Shown here piece by piece: positions 17,161 to 31,110 of a stretch of 64,000 nt of DNA. Position 1 is the first letter of the stretch; every line of letters starts with the position of its first letter. Under the pieces are notes generated by a model, which was given only the letters and a program-made list of their open reading frames with translations, searched no databases and was not told the DNA's origin. Source of the stretch: the human T2T-CHM13v2.0 reference genome, Homo sapiens; assembly GCF_009914755.1 (NCBI RefSeq), contig NC_060942.1. One strand, 5' to 3'. A program made the position numbers and the translations under genes.

Positions 17161-17560
17161 TGTCTTAGTCCATATGTGTTGCTCTAAAGGAATACCTGAG
17201 GCTGGGTAATTTATAAAAATAGGTTTATTTGACTCGTGGTTCTGCTGGCAACAGCATCTACTTCTGGTGAGGGCTTCCAGGAGTTTCCACTCATGGCAGA
17301 AGGGGAGCCAGTGTGTGCAGACATTACATGATGAGACAGGAAGCAAGAGAGACAGAAGGGAGATGCCAGGCTCTCTTTAATAACCAGCTCTGGAGGGAAC
17401 TGATTATGTGAGAACTCACTCATTGCCATGAGAACAGCACCAAGCCGTTCATGAGTGATCCACCCCCATGACCCAAACACCTTCCACCAGGCCCCACCTC
17501 CAACACTGGGGACTAAATTTCAACATGAGGTTTGGAGGGTCAAATATTCAAACTATAGCA
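17161..17560 (-). mobile_element. MST/THE1-like MaLR solo LTR
   Basis: tgtcttagtcc...gctgggtaatttataa...ggccccacctccaacactgggg...aactatagca. Confidence 0.85.
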
Positions 17561-18156
17561 TCAGCCAAAATTATAGCTGCAGGGAAATTAGAAGAAAAAC
17601 TGGCAAGATGAAGAAAGATTTAGTGGAATATAACACATTAGAGAATAAAAAGGGGAGTCTATAGGGTGCAATTATAGTTGATTGTATGTTTTTGCATAAT
17701 TGGTTTGTTCAATTAACTGTTATGGGAATTTTACTGAGGATTTTAACATCTGAATACAATAGTTGAAAGTGTTCTCTAAGTGTCTAACAATTTCCTTACC
17801 TTGTTTGGGAGTCAGGATTATAACAGCCTTGATAAATGTGTAGGGAAGCTTTCTTCTTGCCTTTCGGGAAAAAGCGCATTAAGTATTTGAGGGGTTGAAG
17901 GGAGGGGCTCCAAAGGGCATGGGGAAATTTTCAGGGGTAATGGGTATATTCCTTATCTTCAGTGTGCTGATGGTTGCAGGGGTATATACAAATGCCCAAA
18001 CGCATAAATTGTACACTTTAAATATTCAAGTTTATTGTATGTCAATTATACTTCAATAAAGCTTTTTTTTTTTTTAAACCCTCACAATTTAGTTCTGGGC
18101 TCTGTGCTTGGGCTCTTGAAATTCGGTGGCAGTGGCCTGAATCCCCATGCCCACTG

Positions 18157-18715
18157 TGACAGAGCAGGAGCACCATCCTCTCGGACAAACACCGCCACTT
18201 TAAGTGCCAGCTCCCTTTCCAGCCTCATGCATTTCAAGAAAATCACTTCTCTTCTAACAACAAGCAGACAGAAAGAGCAGACAGTAAAACATAGATGAGA
18301 CAGCTCAGGCACAGAGGGAGGTGGGGGGAAAGTCTCTTGGGTAATTGCCAAACTTCACCCTCATACATTGGGCCCCAGTATAACAGTGGGCCTTAATAAG
18401 CACATTCTTTCCCTTCAGGTGCACTAAGATAGGGAAGCTAAAAGCAGACCTGGGGGTATGCCTGCAGCTGCAGGAAGATGTATGGAAACAGACACACAAC
18501 TCCCTCCCAGATAAGCACACCTAAAGAGACACAGAAGCAGTCCAAGCCTCTGGTAAACTCTCCCACCCTGAATCCTTAAAAACTCTTAGTCTGTAAGAGA
18601 GCATGCCTCTGATCTAACTCAGCCAGAAGCCACTCTTGGGTTTGTTTTCTTTAAAATAAACCTGTCCTCGACCATCAAGCCATTGTGTTTCTTTCCTCTT
18701 TCTTTAATTCTTACA
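18157..18715 (+). mobile_element. LTR6-like (HERV-S71/HERV-T) solo LTR
   Basis: TG...CA termini with 5-bp TSD CACTG; AATAAA at ~18655; resembles recalled LTR6 consensus. Confidence 0.7.
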
Positions 18716-18814
18716 CACTGGAGCCTAGGGAAAGGATCATTCTCTGCCCACTTCCATTACCTGAGAAAAGAACGCCAGAAAAAGAAGCCATGGGGAAAAC
18801 ATTAAGATTTGTAG

Positions 18815-19117
18815 CCAGGCATGGCAGCTGATGCCTGTAATGCCAGCACTTAGGGGGGTTGAGGTAGAGGATTGTTTGAGGCCAGGAGTTTGAGACCAGC
18901 CTGGGCAACATAGTGAGACCCTGTCTCTACAAAAAAAGTTTTTAAATAAATTATCTGGGCCTGGGGGCAAGTACCTGTAGTCCCAGCTGCTTAGGAGGCG
19001 GAGACGGGAAGATCCCTCGAGCTCAGTACAGCTCAGGCTGTAGTGAGCTATGATGGCACCACTGCATTCCAGACTGGGTGACAGAGCAAGACCCTGTCTC
19101 AAAAAAAAAAAAAAAAA
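18815..19117 (+). mobile_element. AluJ-like, inserted in SCML2P1
   Basis: Alu consensus; TSD aagatttgtag. Confidence 0.9.
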
Positions 19118-19171
19118 AGATTTGTAGACTTTTGTAGACTGTCAAGAGGGACATCAAAAATGTCTCCCGTG

Positions 19172-19470
19172 AGGCCGGGCATGGTAGCTTACATCTGTAA
19201 TCCCAAGCACTTTGAGAAGCCACCGCGGGAGGATTACTTGAGCCCAGGAGTTCGAGATCAGCCTAGGCAAGATAGACTTTGTCTCTACAAATAAAAATAA
19301 TTAGCCAGGCATGGTGGTGCAGGCCTGTGGCCCCAGCTCCTCAGGGGACTGAGGCAGGAGGATTGCTTGAGCAGTCCTCAGGCAGTGGAGGCACCAGTGA
19401 CCTGTGGTAACAACACTGCACTCCAGCCTGGGCGACAGAGTGAGACCCTGTCTCAAAAGAAAATAAATAA
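19172..19470 (+). mobile_element. AluJ-like, inserted in SCML2P1
   Basis: Alu consensus; TSD aatgtctcc(c/t)gtg. Confidence 0.9.
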
Positions 19471-19991
19471 AACAGAATGTCTCCTGTGTAAAATGACAAC
19501 TTCCAGTAGAACAATTATAGGAAAGATACAGGATCTTTCTGTTCTTTCCACAGTATCTCAGATTTCAGACCGCCCAAGATTCCTCTAGCTAATGACTTCA
19601 CAGTTGGTAACAGCGAGTTAACTTCACAATGTTTCTTCAGCATCTATTATGACAGTTCTTGGAACTATACGTGCCAGATTACAGTTCACACCTGGTGGTA
19701 GTGACAATGGAAATGCCTTTAGGAGGCTTGCAGATCCCTTGGACCCAGAAAATACAACTTTTTGAGACATATGGGAGAAAAAAGAGGTTTTTACATCAGC
19801 TTTCCCTGGGGTTCCACGAACACTAAATGAATCTGAAGACACACCTTCAACATTCTTTAAGAAGGAACCATGGAAGCCAACCTTGTATTGTTTAAAGAGA
19901 GAATGAAACTTGAAGCAACAGACAGGAAGAACCCTTATCTGATCTGCTCCGCAACTATTGGAAACATTGAAGGAGACAGTTTACACTACAG

Positions 19992-20143
19992 TGGATGGGA
20001 GTGGTGGCTTAGGCCTATAATGCTAGTGCTTTGGAAGGCAGAGTGGGGAGAATTGCTTGAGGGAGAGTTCAAGGTTGCAGGGAGCTGTGATCCAGCCTCA
20101 GCAACAGAGTGAGATCCTGTCTGTAAAAAAAGAAAAGAAAAAA
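19992..20143 (+). mobile_element. Alu monomer (FLAM/FAM-like), inserted in SCML2P1 MBT2
   Basis: Short Alu-like body with A tail; TSD agtttaca(c/t)taca. Confidence 0.8.
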
Positions 20144-20761
20144 AAGTTTACATTACATTTGGAGACTAGAGAGGAGCTTTTGAATATTGCTATGATTCTT
20201 CAGATAGTCTCCTAATTGGGTAGGTTGTATCGCTTGACAAATGTCTTACAACCATCAGAAAATAATGCTCCCATTACAATAAGTAGAGCGAAAGCACAAT
20301 CTTCTCCTTCCCGTGTGGCTCAGCATTCAATGCAGGCTCTGTAGAAAACTCGCCCAGTAACTTGGGTCAAGAAATCAGGTTGGGATAAACCACCTGCATA
20401 ACTTTCCTCCCCACGAAGGAAAGGTTTCTTAAAAATGATTCCCTGACAAAGGTCAGCATTCGTAATTAAAAGAGGCCCAAAATGAGAGAAAAAGGAAAAA
20501 TTGTCTTCCTGTTTTGTGTTCTCCTCCATCTCTATTATGTAGTTGCTAGAAAGAGACCTTGGCCTTCCACTAGATCAGGGATGACGTTGCCGAGACCATG
20601 ACTGCAGCAATGTCTGCAGTCTGTTTCTTTGCAGACAAACAGGGGACTCCATACTCACCTGCTTCAGAAGAGAGCCCGGCAGCTGCCCACCTCCCGCTGG
20701 CCCCGTGGGTATGCAGCTCTGTGGACCATGCAGACCTATGTGGATTGTGCCTTCCGAGCTG

Positions 20762-21411
20762 TGATAGAAGAGTTAAAAATAAATTATTTAGGCAGATAGA
20801 ATAAGGAAGTCCTTGGTAAGGTTTTCCTTTCAATGAAAAGCATTAAAAGGAATGCCCCAAATCATTTTCTTTTCTAATAAAGAACAACCTGTAAAATCAA
20901 GCTGCAGGCACAGACAAGCAAGCTGGAAGCTTGCATAGGCTAATACTGGTGGTTGTGCCAATAGAGAAAGGTTACCTGGGAATAGACACGTTCAAAACGG
21001 TGGCTCCATCTTCTCCTGTCTTTGCCACCCGCGTGTATAGTAAGGAGCAGACAAGATGGTACTGGCCAAGTAGAAAGCCCATTTGTATAATAAGATTAGG
21101 GTGGGACGACCAGCCTTCCCCGAGCGCTATGTAAATGTCACACCTGATCAGACCAATCTGTGGGCCCTGTGTAAATCAGACGCCGCCTCCTCAAGCCTGC
21201 CTATCAAGTCTGCTGTGGTCCACCTCAGGCCGGCTTTTTCCCTTTTGGATGCCTCTCTCTAGAAAGAGAGAGAAAGCTGCTCTCCTCTCTCCTTTCTTCA
21301 GCCTATTAAAATTTCCGCTCCTCAACCCACTCACATGTGTCCATGTCTTTAATCTTCTTGGTGCAAGATGGTGAACCCCAGGTATTTACCTCAGACAGTG
21401 ATGCTGCTTCA
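20762..21411 (+). mobile_element. LTR9-like ERV1 solo LTR inserted in SCML2P1
   Basis: TGATA...TTCA termini with 4-bp TSD GCTG; SCML2 homology resumes after it. Confidence 0.75.
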
Positions 21412-21899
21412 GCTGGACGGCTCTTGAATGCCTCCATAGAGGAGACGTGGTCGCTGCCTCCTCTGGTGGGGAAAAACATTCTACCTCCCTTCGGTGGTTA
21501 ACACCTCCTCAAAATAAAAATGGTAAAAGCCAATCAGCAGAGGCAGACATACTGATGCTCTCAGAACCCTCCATCATATGCCACTCCTCTCTCACCTAAG
21601 GATCCCACAGAGGTATATGTACCACAGGCAGAAATATTGTCTTATGACGACAGACATGCCAGAAGAGCAGAGGCTTTCAGAAAGCCACCAATTCAGCAAA
21701 CTAACTCTCCGAGCATGGACTGGGGAAATTCCTCAGCTCTCTTAACTATAGGAATTATTTTCAGCCTGTGTCAGCTATGCTGAGCTCATCCCCAGTTCTG
21801 AATAAACTATCACTGATTTCTACCAAGGACAATTATAAGAAGTCAGTAAAATCCACATGCAGAGGAGATGGACACCCAACTCAACAAGTGAATGTGACT

Positions 21900-22700
21900 A
21901 CCCAGAGGGAGAGCCCTGTAGAGTCCCCGCCCAGCGTGCCCACCCAGGGTTTCCACCCAGTGTCCCCGCCCAGGTCCTCAACCAGGTCCCCGCCCAGCGT
22001 CCCCGCCCAGCCTCCCGGGGTCTACACCAGGCCACCTGCGCTCGCTGGTTGACAGCACAGCCCCTTCCGGCTAGCTTGACGGCCTCCGCCCGATCCACCC
22101 TGCGTGAATACAATTATTTCCCTCTGCCTTCCACTCGGAGAGAGCGGCCAGGATGCCAACTGGCTTCACTGGAAACACCCCGGCCCCCCAGCCCTCCTGG
22201 GGCATCTCTAGGTGACACCCCACAAGGCCTGAGGCCTCTACGCCTTCTCTCCCATCCGCAGTGACCCTGCCTCGCACCTGCCACGTGGGTCCAGCCACAC
22301 TGTCCCGGCAGACGCTCTCACCTTAGCCTCGGGCTGGACTTACTGCTTCCAAAAGCGCTGGGCACAGCCTTATATGACTGACCCCGCCCCCGAGTCCCAG
22401 GCCGCCCCATGCAACCGCCCAACCGCCCAACCGCCACTCCAAAGGTCACCAACCACTGCTCCAGGCCACGGGCTGCCTCTCCCCACGGCTCTAGGGCCCT
22501 TCCCCTCCACCGCAGGCTGACCCCGCCCACCTCACCAACAGACACGCCAACTGCGTCTGGCCCCGCCCCCGCCGTTCTCTCTTCCGGCTCCACGGCCCCA
22601 CCCCTTCGCAGCGGGTCTACTCTGCCCGCCCCAAGAACCACCACTTCCACAGCCAGGCACCCCAGCTCGGGCTGAGGTCTTCTTTGGCTCCTGGCAGCTG
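21900..22700 (-). promoter_or_regulatory. LINC00668: CpG-rich promoter (LINC00668): GC boxes, TATA, first-exon donor
   Basis: High CpG/GC; minus-strand GGGGGCGGGG (22382-22391), CATATAAG (22369-22376), donor at 22321. Confidence 0.7.
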
Positions 22701-23623
22701 TTACCCCTGCAGCCATGTGTACCAGATGTCTGCTGTGTTTTGTCCCCCACATATAGTTTTGATACATTTTTAAAACTTAATCTATATCTCACTTACTCCA
22801 CTCCCTGTGAGGGTGGGCAAATGCCTGTTCAGCTTAGGATCGGATCCTTAGCACCTGATACAGGGGCTGGTGCTCTATACCCACACCTGCTCTGCCGGCT
22901 GCACAGGATCATCATGGCAAAATGAGATGGTCTATGTAAGAGCACTTGTGAAAATTCTAGAACTCTTTCTATACCCCTGAAACTCCAGAAACGTAAAGAA
23001 TTATTTTCATTATTATTGCTTTTCAGTACATTGATCTGGGCCCCACATTTCCAGCTTATGGTTTGGTTACAGCTCTGCATGACCCAAATGGAAAGATAAA
23101 AATGCTCTCCTTTGCTCATCTCCGTTTTAAACATGATTTCTTCTTAAAGGTGCTTAAAGGAATTTCATATGCAGTCAGTCCTTTTATCATCTATCTCTAA
23201 TGTTTTACCTGGATTTTTTATTGGCTGTCATACAGTAATGACAAGAAAATCCATTTGTGGATTGGAATCTTTAGGTATGAAATGTGCCATGCTTGCCTGG
23301 TTGAAACAATGTAGGACCGTCAAGCGAGGGCTGGAGGTTTGTTTGCACTGGTGTGGAAGAGGAAGAGGAGAAAGAAAAAAGGAAAACATAGGGTCACTTT
23401 AGGCCAACTGCTCAGAAGATGAGAGAAACTGGACCCAGTGGCACTTAGGCTGAGACCTGGCTGGGTAAAAACAGGTGGCAATGTTTTTCTAACAAAAACA
23501 TCAGGACTCGTAAATAAGTACAAAGAAACTTTTGTGGGTAGTGGTACTAAATATTTCCAATTGGAATTGCTGAATAAGATGCAATATTTATGGTTGCTAT
23601 AGTATAGGAATGATGACTGATTA

Positions 23624-24055
23624 TGTGTTTTGGATGTTTGTCCTTTCCAAATCTCAAGCTGAAATGCGATTCCCAGTGTTGGAGGTGGGGCCTGGTGGGA
23701 GGTGATGGGATCATGGGGGTGGATCCCTCATGAATGGTTTCTCACCCCCCCCTTGGTGATGAGTTCTCGCTCAGTTCATTCTTGGTTGAGATCTGGTTGT
23801 TTGAAAGAGTTGGACATCCGCCTTCTCTATCTCTCTTTCTCCCATTCTCTCCACGTGATGTGCCTGCCCCCCGCACCGCCACAACTTCACCTTCCACCAC
23901 CATTGTAAGCTTCTTGAGGCCCTCACCAGAAGCCAAGCAGTTGTTGGTGCCATGCTTGTACAACTTGCAGAACCGTGTGCCAATTCAACTTTTTTTCTTT
24001 ATAAATTACCCAGGCTCAAGTATTCCTTTATAGCAATGCAAGAACAGCCTAATAA
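23624..24055 (+). mobile_element. MST-like MaLR solo LTR
   Basis: ttggatgtttgtcc...ggaggtggggcctggtgggagg...ataaattacccag...tatagcaatgcaagaacagcctaata. Confidence 0.85.
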
Positions 24056-24744
24056 AAGTAGAGTCAGCCTGAAGAGATAGTGTTTCACATCCCTCGATGT
24101 CTGTCATCTCTTCATCTCTGGAAATCTACAAATCTCACCCTCCTCTTCTCTCTTTCCATCTCTTCTCTCTTTCTGAATAGCTTCAATAAGGCCCTAAAGA
24201 AGTGGGGAAGTTGAACATTTTACATTTCTCTTAAAGTGTCAGTGGCTGTGCACCACAGAGTATTTTCCCCTTTGATTGTAATCTACCACCCTGCATTTTT
24301 TCTAACAAATGTCAACACCTGGGGCTGTTTCCTAAGACCAAAGCATGGGTATCCTCTGTGTCTAACTTAGTGGCTCACGGAATTTGTCTCATCTTTTCCT
24401 TAAATCTTACAATGATTAATGAAGTAGGACTTGGTATAACATTGTATTAGCAGCCAAAAAGCACACTAGCTCCAAAATACCCAAGTTAGAATAATTTTCA
24501 TGAATGAATAAATTTTCATTCTCAGGCCCAGAGCAGTTGATAGGAATTGCAATGACAGGTGCTGCGAGGGCGAAGTTTGAGAGCAAACTCACCTACAAAG
24601 AAATACAAGACACTATCTTGGGAGCGATCACAAACAGGACTTTGTTTTAAGATAATCTGTCCTCGAATTTGTAGGATAGGGCATGTTAAATGTCACAGAG
24701 TTTCTGCTATGTTACAAAAACTCACTTTAACATTTCTCCTATGA

Positions 24745-25116
<372 letters not shown>

Positions 25117-25199
25117 TGAACACAGATCTTTCAAACATCAGCCTGTTTGGGGGATTTATTCAGTGTGGGTGAGCTTTGCCAAGAAAAATCATGTTGCTG

Positions 25200-28100
25200 T
25201 CATCTATTTATTTTTTCATAATTATGGTGATTAAACATATGTAACGAAATTCACTATTTTAACCACGCTTAAGTGTGGTTCTGTAGCATTAAGTACATTC
25301 ACATTGTTGGGCAACCATCACCGGAACTTTCCACCTTCCCCATTCTCCCCAGTCCCCCGACCCTGGCAGCCACTATTCTACTTTCTATCTCTATAAACTT
25401 GAAAGTGTGTGACTTTCAGTGTTGTTCTTCATTTGCAAGATTGTTTTGGCTATTCAGGATCCTTGAGATTCGGTATGAATTTCAGACTTGTTTTCTGTTT
25501 CTGCTAAAAACATTGCTGGAATCTGTAGATTGCTTTGGGTGATATTGACATCTCAACAGTATTAAGTCTTATTTATTAACAAGGATATCTTTCCGTTTAT
25601 TGCTGTCCTTAGTTTTAATTTCTCTCAGTAATGCTTCAAGGTTGTTAGTGTATAAGTCTTTCAGCTCCTTGGCTAAGTTGATTCCTAAGTATTTTATTCT
25701 TTCTAATGCTATTGTAAATGAAATTGTTTTCTCTATTTCTTTTGGGATTGTTCATTGTTCGTATGTAGAAACGCACCTGATTTTTGTGGGTTAATTTTGT
25801 ATCTTCCAACTTTGCTGAAATTATTGATTAATTGTAAGAGTTTGTTTTATAGAATATTTAGAGCTTTCTAACATATACGATAATATTGTTTGCTAACAGA
25901 GAGAATTTTACTTTTTCTTTTCCAATTTGGATGCCTTTCATTTATTTATTTTCTTCCCTAAATTCTCTAGCTAGGACTTCTAAGACTATGTTAAATAGAA
26001 GTGGCAAAAGCAGCATTCTTGTCTTGCCTTTTTTTTTTTTTTTTGTCTTTTTGAGATGGAGTCTTGCCCTGTCGCCCAGGCTGCAGTGCAATGGCACAAT
26101 CTTGGTTCACTACAACCTTGCCTCCTGGGTTCAAGCAACTCTCCAGCCTCAACCTTCTGAGCAGCTGGGATTATAGGTGCTCATCACCACGCCCAGCTAA
26201 TTTTTTTATTTTTAGTAGAGACGGGGTTTCACCATGTTGGCCAGGCTGGTCTCGAACTCTTGACCTCAGGTGACCCACCCACCTCAGCCTCCCAAAATGC
26301 TGGGATTACAGGAGTGAGCCACTGTGCCCGGCCCCCTTGTCTCGCTTCTTAGATCTTAGATCTTGGAGGAAAAGCTTTCAAACTTGCACTATTCAGCACA
26401 ATGTTAGCTATTGACTAAAGAGAGAGGATTTTAGTCAATAGCTATTGAGTAAAGAGGATTTGGGGAAGCCGCATTTTTAATTGATTAGTTTTTACAAGTT
26501 ACTGAGGTATTATTAAGTAGTATTGAACAGCACTGTTCAAAATGATGGGTTTTGATATTTGTTTACACCCCTGAGGTCATCATAATCGAGATAGTAAACA
26601 GTTCCATTGCCCAACAAGTTTCCTCATGCAATTTTGTAACCTATTCCTCCCTCCATTTAACCCCTGGCATTTTCTAAAAATTTTATGCAAATATGATGAA
26701 GTATGTATTTTGGTGTAAGGCATTTTAAAATTCATCATATTTCTGAGATTCATTCACATTGTTGTATGTATCATGGTTTAGTCCTTCTTATTGCTACATA
26801 GTATTCCCTTGTATGCATATGCTACAGTTCATCTATTCTTCTACTGATGGATACCTGGGATAGTTCCAGAGTTTAGCTAGTATAAATAAAGCTCTGACAT
26901 TTATCCATAAATCTTTGCCAAGAATAGCTTACCTGGGACATATGGTAAGTATATTTAAGTTCTAAAGAAATTACTAAACTTTTTCCAAAGTGGTTGTAGC
27001 ATTTTACATTCCCACCCCTCAACAATGTACAAGAATTCTAGTTGCTCCACATCCTTCCAACAGTTTTAGCTATCCTGGAAGGTATGTAGTTAGATCTCCC
27101 TGTGGTTTTAATTTGCATTTCCCTAAGGACTGATAGTGCTGAGCCTGTTTTCTTATGTTTGTTGGCCATTCATATTTGTAAAATATCTATTCAAATCTTT
27201 TGATCATTTGTAATTGGGTTGTTCATCTCATGCTGAGTTATGAGAGTTCTTTCCATGGGCCCAAGAGTAGGACCTGGTAATGACTTCTTTTTGTTGTCTT
27301 TCTTGTGAGAATGTCTTTATTTCACCTTTATTGCTGTAAGATATTTGTAATGGATATAAAATTATAGGTTGAGAAGCTCTTTTCTTTCAGTACTTTTAAG
27401 ATGTAGTCCTGCTGTCTTCTGGACTTCATGGTTTCTCGGAGAAATCATGGACATAAAGTCATGATTTCCCTCTATGTAATGTGTGCTTTTTGTTTTTTTT
27501 TCCACTATAGCTACTTTCAAGAATTTTTTAGGTATCTTGGGATTCAGAAACTTGATTCTTATGTGTTAATAGGGATTGTTTCCTTTGAGTTTGTTTTGCC
27601 CAGAGTTTGCTAAGTGTCTTGAATCTGTAAATTTATGTCTTTCACTAAATTGGGGAGTTTCTGGGCATTCTTGCTGAAATTTTTTTTCTATTTTAATCTT
27701 TTTCTCCTCTCTTTCTGAGACTCAACTTACACTATGTTAGACCTTTAGATGGTAACACACAGGTACCTGACACTCTGGGTTTGTTTTCTTTAAACCCTTT
27801 ATCTCTCTTTGTAGATTGGATAATTTTCATTGTTCTACCTTCAACTTAATTTTCCTTTTATCATCTTTATTCTGCTATTGAGTCCAACCAATGATTAACT
27901 TTTGACTGCAGAGATTGTATTTTTCATTTCAATATTTTTTATTTGCTTCCTTTTTAAATTTTCCTTTTTTCTGTTGAGCACTTCTATCATATCAGTCAAT
28001 CGAAGTGTGCTTTCCCTGACCTTACGAGCATAGATAAAATAGCTGCTTTAAAGTCTTTGTCTGATAATTTTCTCTTGAGGTTGGTATTTGTTTGATTGTC

Positions 28101-28300
28101 TTTCCACCTTAAGAATCAGTACCATTTTCCTGGTTGTTTGTATATCAAGAGATTTTGAATTGTTTCCTGGACATTGTGAATGTTGTGTATTGCAGACTCT
28201 GGATCTATTGTCGGCCTCTGGAAAATGTTGATGTCTGTTTTAGTAAAAAATTAGACTACGTTATGTTCAGACTATAAGTTATATCCCATCTTCTGTGGTT
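25200..28300 (-). mobile_element. Cluster of old antisense L1 fragments (contains Alu 26029-26333)
   Basis: T-rich antisense L1 motifs (ttccaaagtggttgtagcattttacattcccac; gttttaatttgcatttccct). Confidence 0.75.
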
Positions 28301-29464
28301 ATATCAGTTTAAATACACACACACACACACACACACCCCTTTCCACTTAACTTTGGGAAGTACTGTGAGAATCAGCAGTAATTCAATGATTTGCCTGGTG
28401 ATTTTATCATTTTAGGATTCCTTCCCTCCAATTCACTCAATTTCAATGTAACACCTAATAAAAGAAGAGAAATGTGTTTCCTTTTAGGTTAGCTTACTAA
28501 AAAAGATTTTCTTTAGTTTGCTTCCAATGCTACCTAAATCAAAAGCTTTCCACTGAGTCTTCTTCCAAGCTTGAACATTTTTTCCTAGCAAGACTTAGTG
28601 AATGGTCTTGATCATTTCCTACTTATTCTTTTGTCATTTTTACTCACACTTCTTAAATTCCATGTTCGATTTAATCAGACCTCAAGGGTGCAGAATTACA
28701 TTTAAGCCACATAGTATTAATCACACTAACTCCCTATCCATACCTACGTCCTGCCGACCTTCTAGTCTGGGTGGCAAAGCCGCACATGCATCCTCTGGTA
28801 CTTGTGTGTCTATTCTTTACAACCTCCTACCTCCTCCCTTGACTGATGTTCTTCCTCTAATTGTTTTCTTCTGACCACCTTCAGGGACACAATTCAGCAT
28901 TGTACCATTTTTAGCAAAGATTTTACTGGGTTTTATTCATATCAGAAAATCACATTTGCATTTCAAACACATGCTAAAAATTAAATCATGGATGAAATGC
29001 CTGATGCATAGAACGGTTCTCGTTAAAATAAACTTGTCTCTTTTATAACAATGTGAACAGAGACCACAGTTCTTTAGCATTCACACTGGAGTTCATGTTT
29101 CAATACTTTATAATTAAGCATTATGCTCAGCATATACTGTGAAAGGACAACATCATTTTAAAAATGTGTTACTCAGAGAGAAAACAGTGATTTTCATTAT
29201 GTTCCCCTCCAAGCCTTTGCTTCAGACAGCTGGTATGGCTCCCATTGTCGGACACTGAAGGGGTTTGAAAGGAACATGAGCGCTGCCATTGTCACCCTGT
29301 GAAAAAAAATCCTGATAGTTTTTACATTTCAGGATATATTAAGTTGAAAACTTCACTGTATATTATGAAAACTGTTAAGCCTGTAGATCTTTTTGCGGAA
29401 TATGTTGCAAAATGGCTGATTTTGTCATTTTAAAATTCTTTCTCAAATTTTCTATTAGACTTTT

Positions 29465-29573
29465 AAAAATATGGAATGCTTCACGAATGTGCATGTCATC
29501 CTTGCACAGGGCCCATGCTAACCTCTGGATCGCTCCACTTTTAGTATAATATATGTGCTACCGAAGAGAGCAT
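29465..29573 (-). pseudogene. U6 snRNA pseudogene (full-length, diverged)
   Basis: Reverse complement matches U6: (A)TGCTCTCTTCGGTAGCACATAT...GGATGACATGCACATTCGTGAAGCATTCCATATTTTT; ACAGAGA box altered; A-rich tail and degenerate TSD (tgattttgtc / tgattctgtt). Confidence 0.93.
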
Positions 29574-29902
29574 GATTCTGTTCTGTTTAAATGCTTGTTC
29601 GATGGCTTGTTAGAAGAATCACATTTGCAAAGATCTTTTGAAATTTATGGAAAAACGACACTGCTGAAGTATGTTTAGAGAAAAATGAGAAACTAGTATT
29701 CAGTTTAATAATTATGTACTAATAACCTCTGCCATGTCCTTATTGTATTAACTATTATGTCAGGGAGAAATGCCTAAGAAATATCCAACAGAATATCGAC
29801 CTTCAAGGAGCTATAAAACAACTAGAGGCTCTTTGAGGAGAACATCCAATCTGAGGGGAAAACTCAGCATTAACTTAGAGCCATTAAGAACCAGAACAGT
29901 TC

Positions 29903-30235
<333 letters not shown>

Positions 30236-30919
30236 AAAAAGAGAAACAGAACAGTTCCAGGGCAGTCAGCACTGCAGGGGGCTGACCAGGAAGACTTACC
30301 AAGGGCACCAGAAGGCGAAGATGTTGCCTGCACACCACTAAATACAAACGGGAGCCATGAGCACTTGGGATGTATGTGATACTTCTGAAATTTTGAAAAC
30401 TATGTGAAATATGAACCTGACAGAGAAATACCTTCCATACAGTACAATTTCAAGAAGAAAAAGCAAATGGGTATCACAAAGTGATGGGAGATGTGTCCAG
30501 ATCCGTTTTGCAGTCTGAGGCAGGAAATTGACCCGGTGCTTCCCGTTGACTTCCTTCAGACATTCAGAAACTGTGCTAGAGACTGACTGTCCCATGAGGA
30601 ACAACTAAGTAACATAGCTTGCAGCTGTGAAAAGGGTCCCGGGCAGGACGCAGGGCAGAACATCACGGAGGCAGGTACTGGAGAATTATCTTCAGCCACA
30701 GTTCCAAGCTAGCGGGAAAAGCAGGTAGTAGTGTGGAGAGGGAGTTTATTACGGCTGAGGGGAACACACCCAGGGCATTGTGTGACATTTAAAAATATAT
30801 ACTCAGCCGTTACAAAGTTTCTGCCACTGGGGAAGAAGGAAGTGCCACAGGTACCAAGTAGTATTGTTGTTATAAGAAAAATAGTGAAACTTCCTTATCT
30901 CTGAATCACTAATTTTCTG

Positions 30920-31110
<191 letters not shown>

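Larger units (their letters stand above)
18790..21890 (+). pseudogene. SCML2P1: Processed pseudogene of SCML2 (MBT repeats + SLED/DUF3588 region; SAM domain not seen)
   Basis: Intronless, stop/frameshift-riddled match to SCML2: MGKTL~MGQTV; FRPPKIPLANDFTVG~FRQSQIPPVNDFKVG; FKERMKLEATDRKNPYLICSATIGNIEGD~[41 protein letters not shown]~MSTVCVYVNKHG; GDVVAASSGGEKHS~GEVITASFDGETHS. Confidence 0.88.

Noticed and set aside
19870-20112. MBT-repeat ORF as a functional gene
   Set aside because: Part of SCML2P1; interrupted by an Alu monomer and surrounded by stops and frameshifts.
29465-29573. Functional U6 snRNA gene
   Set aside because: Multiple substitutions and indels including the ACAGAGA box, an A-rich tail with TSD-like flanks, and no evident PSE/TATA upstream.
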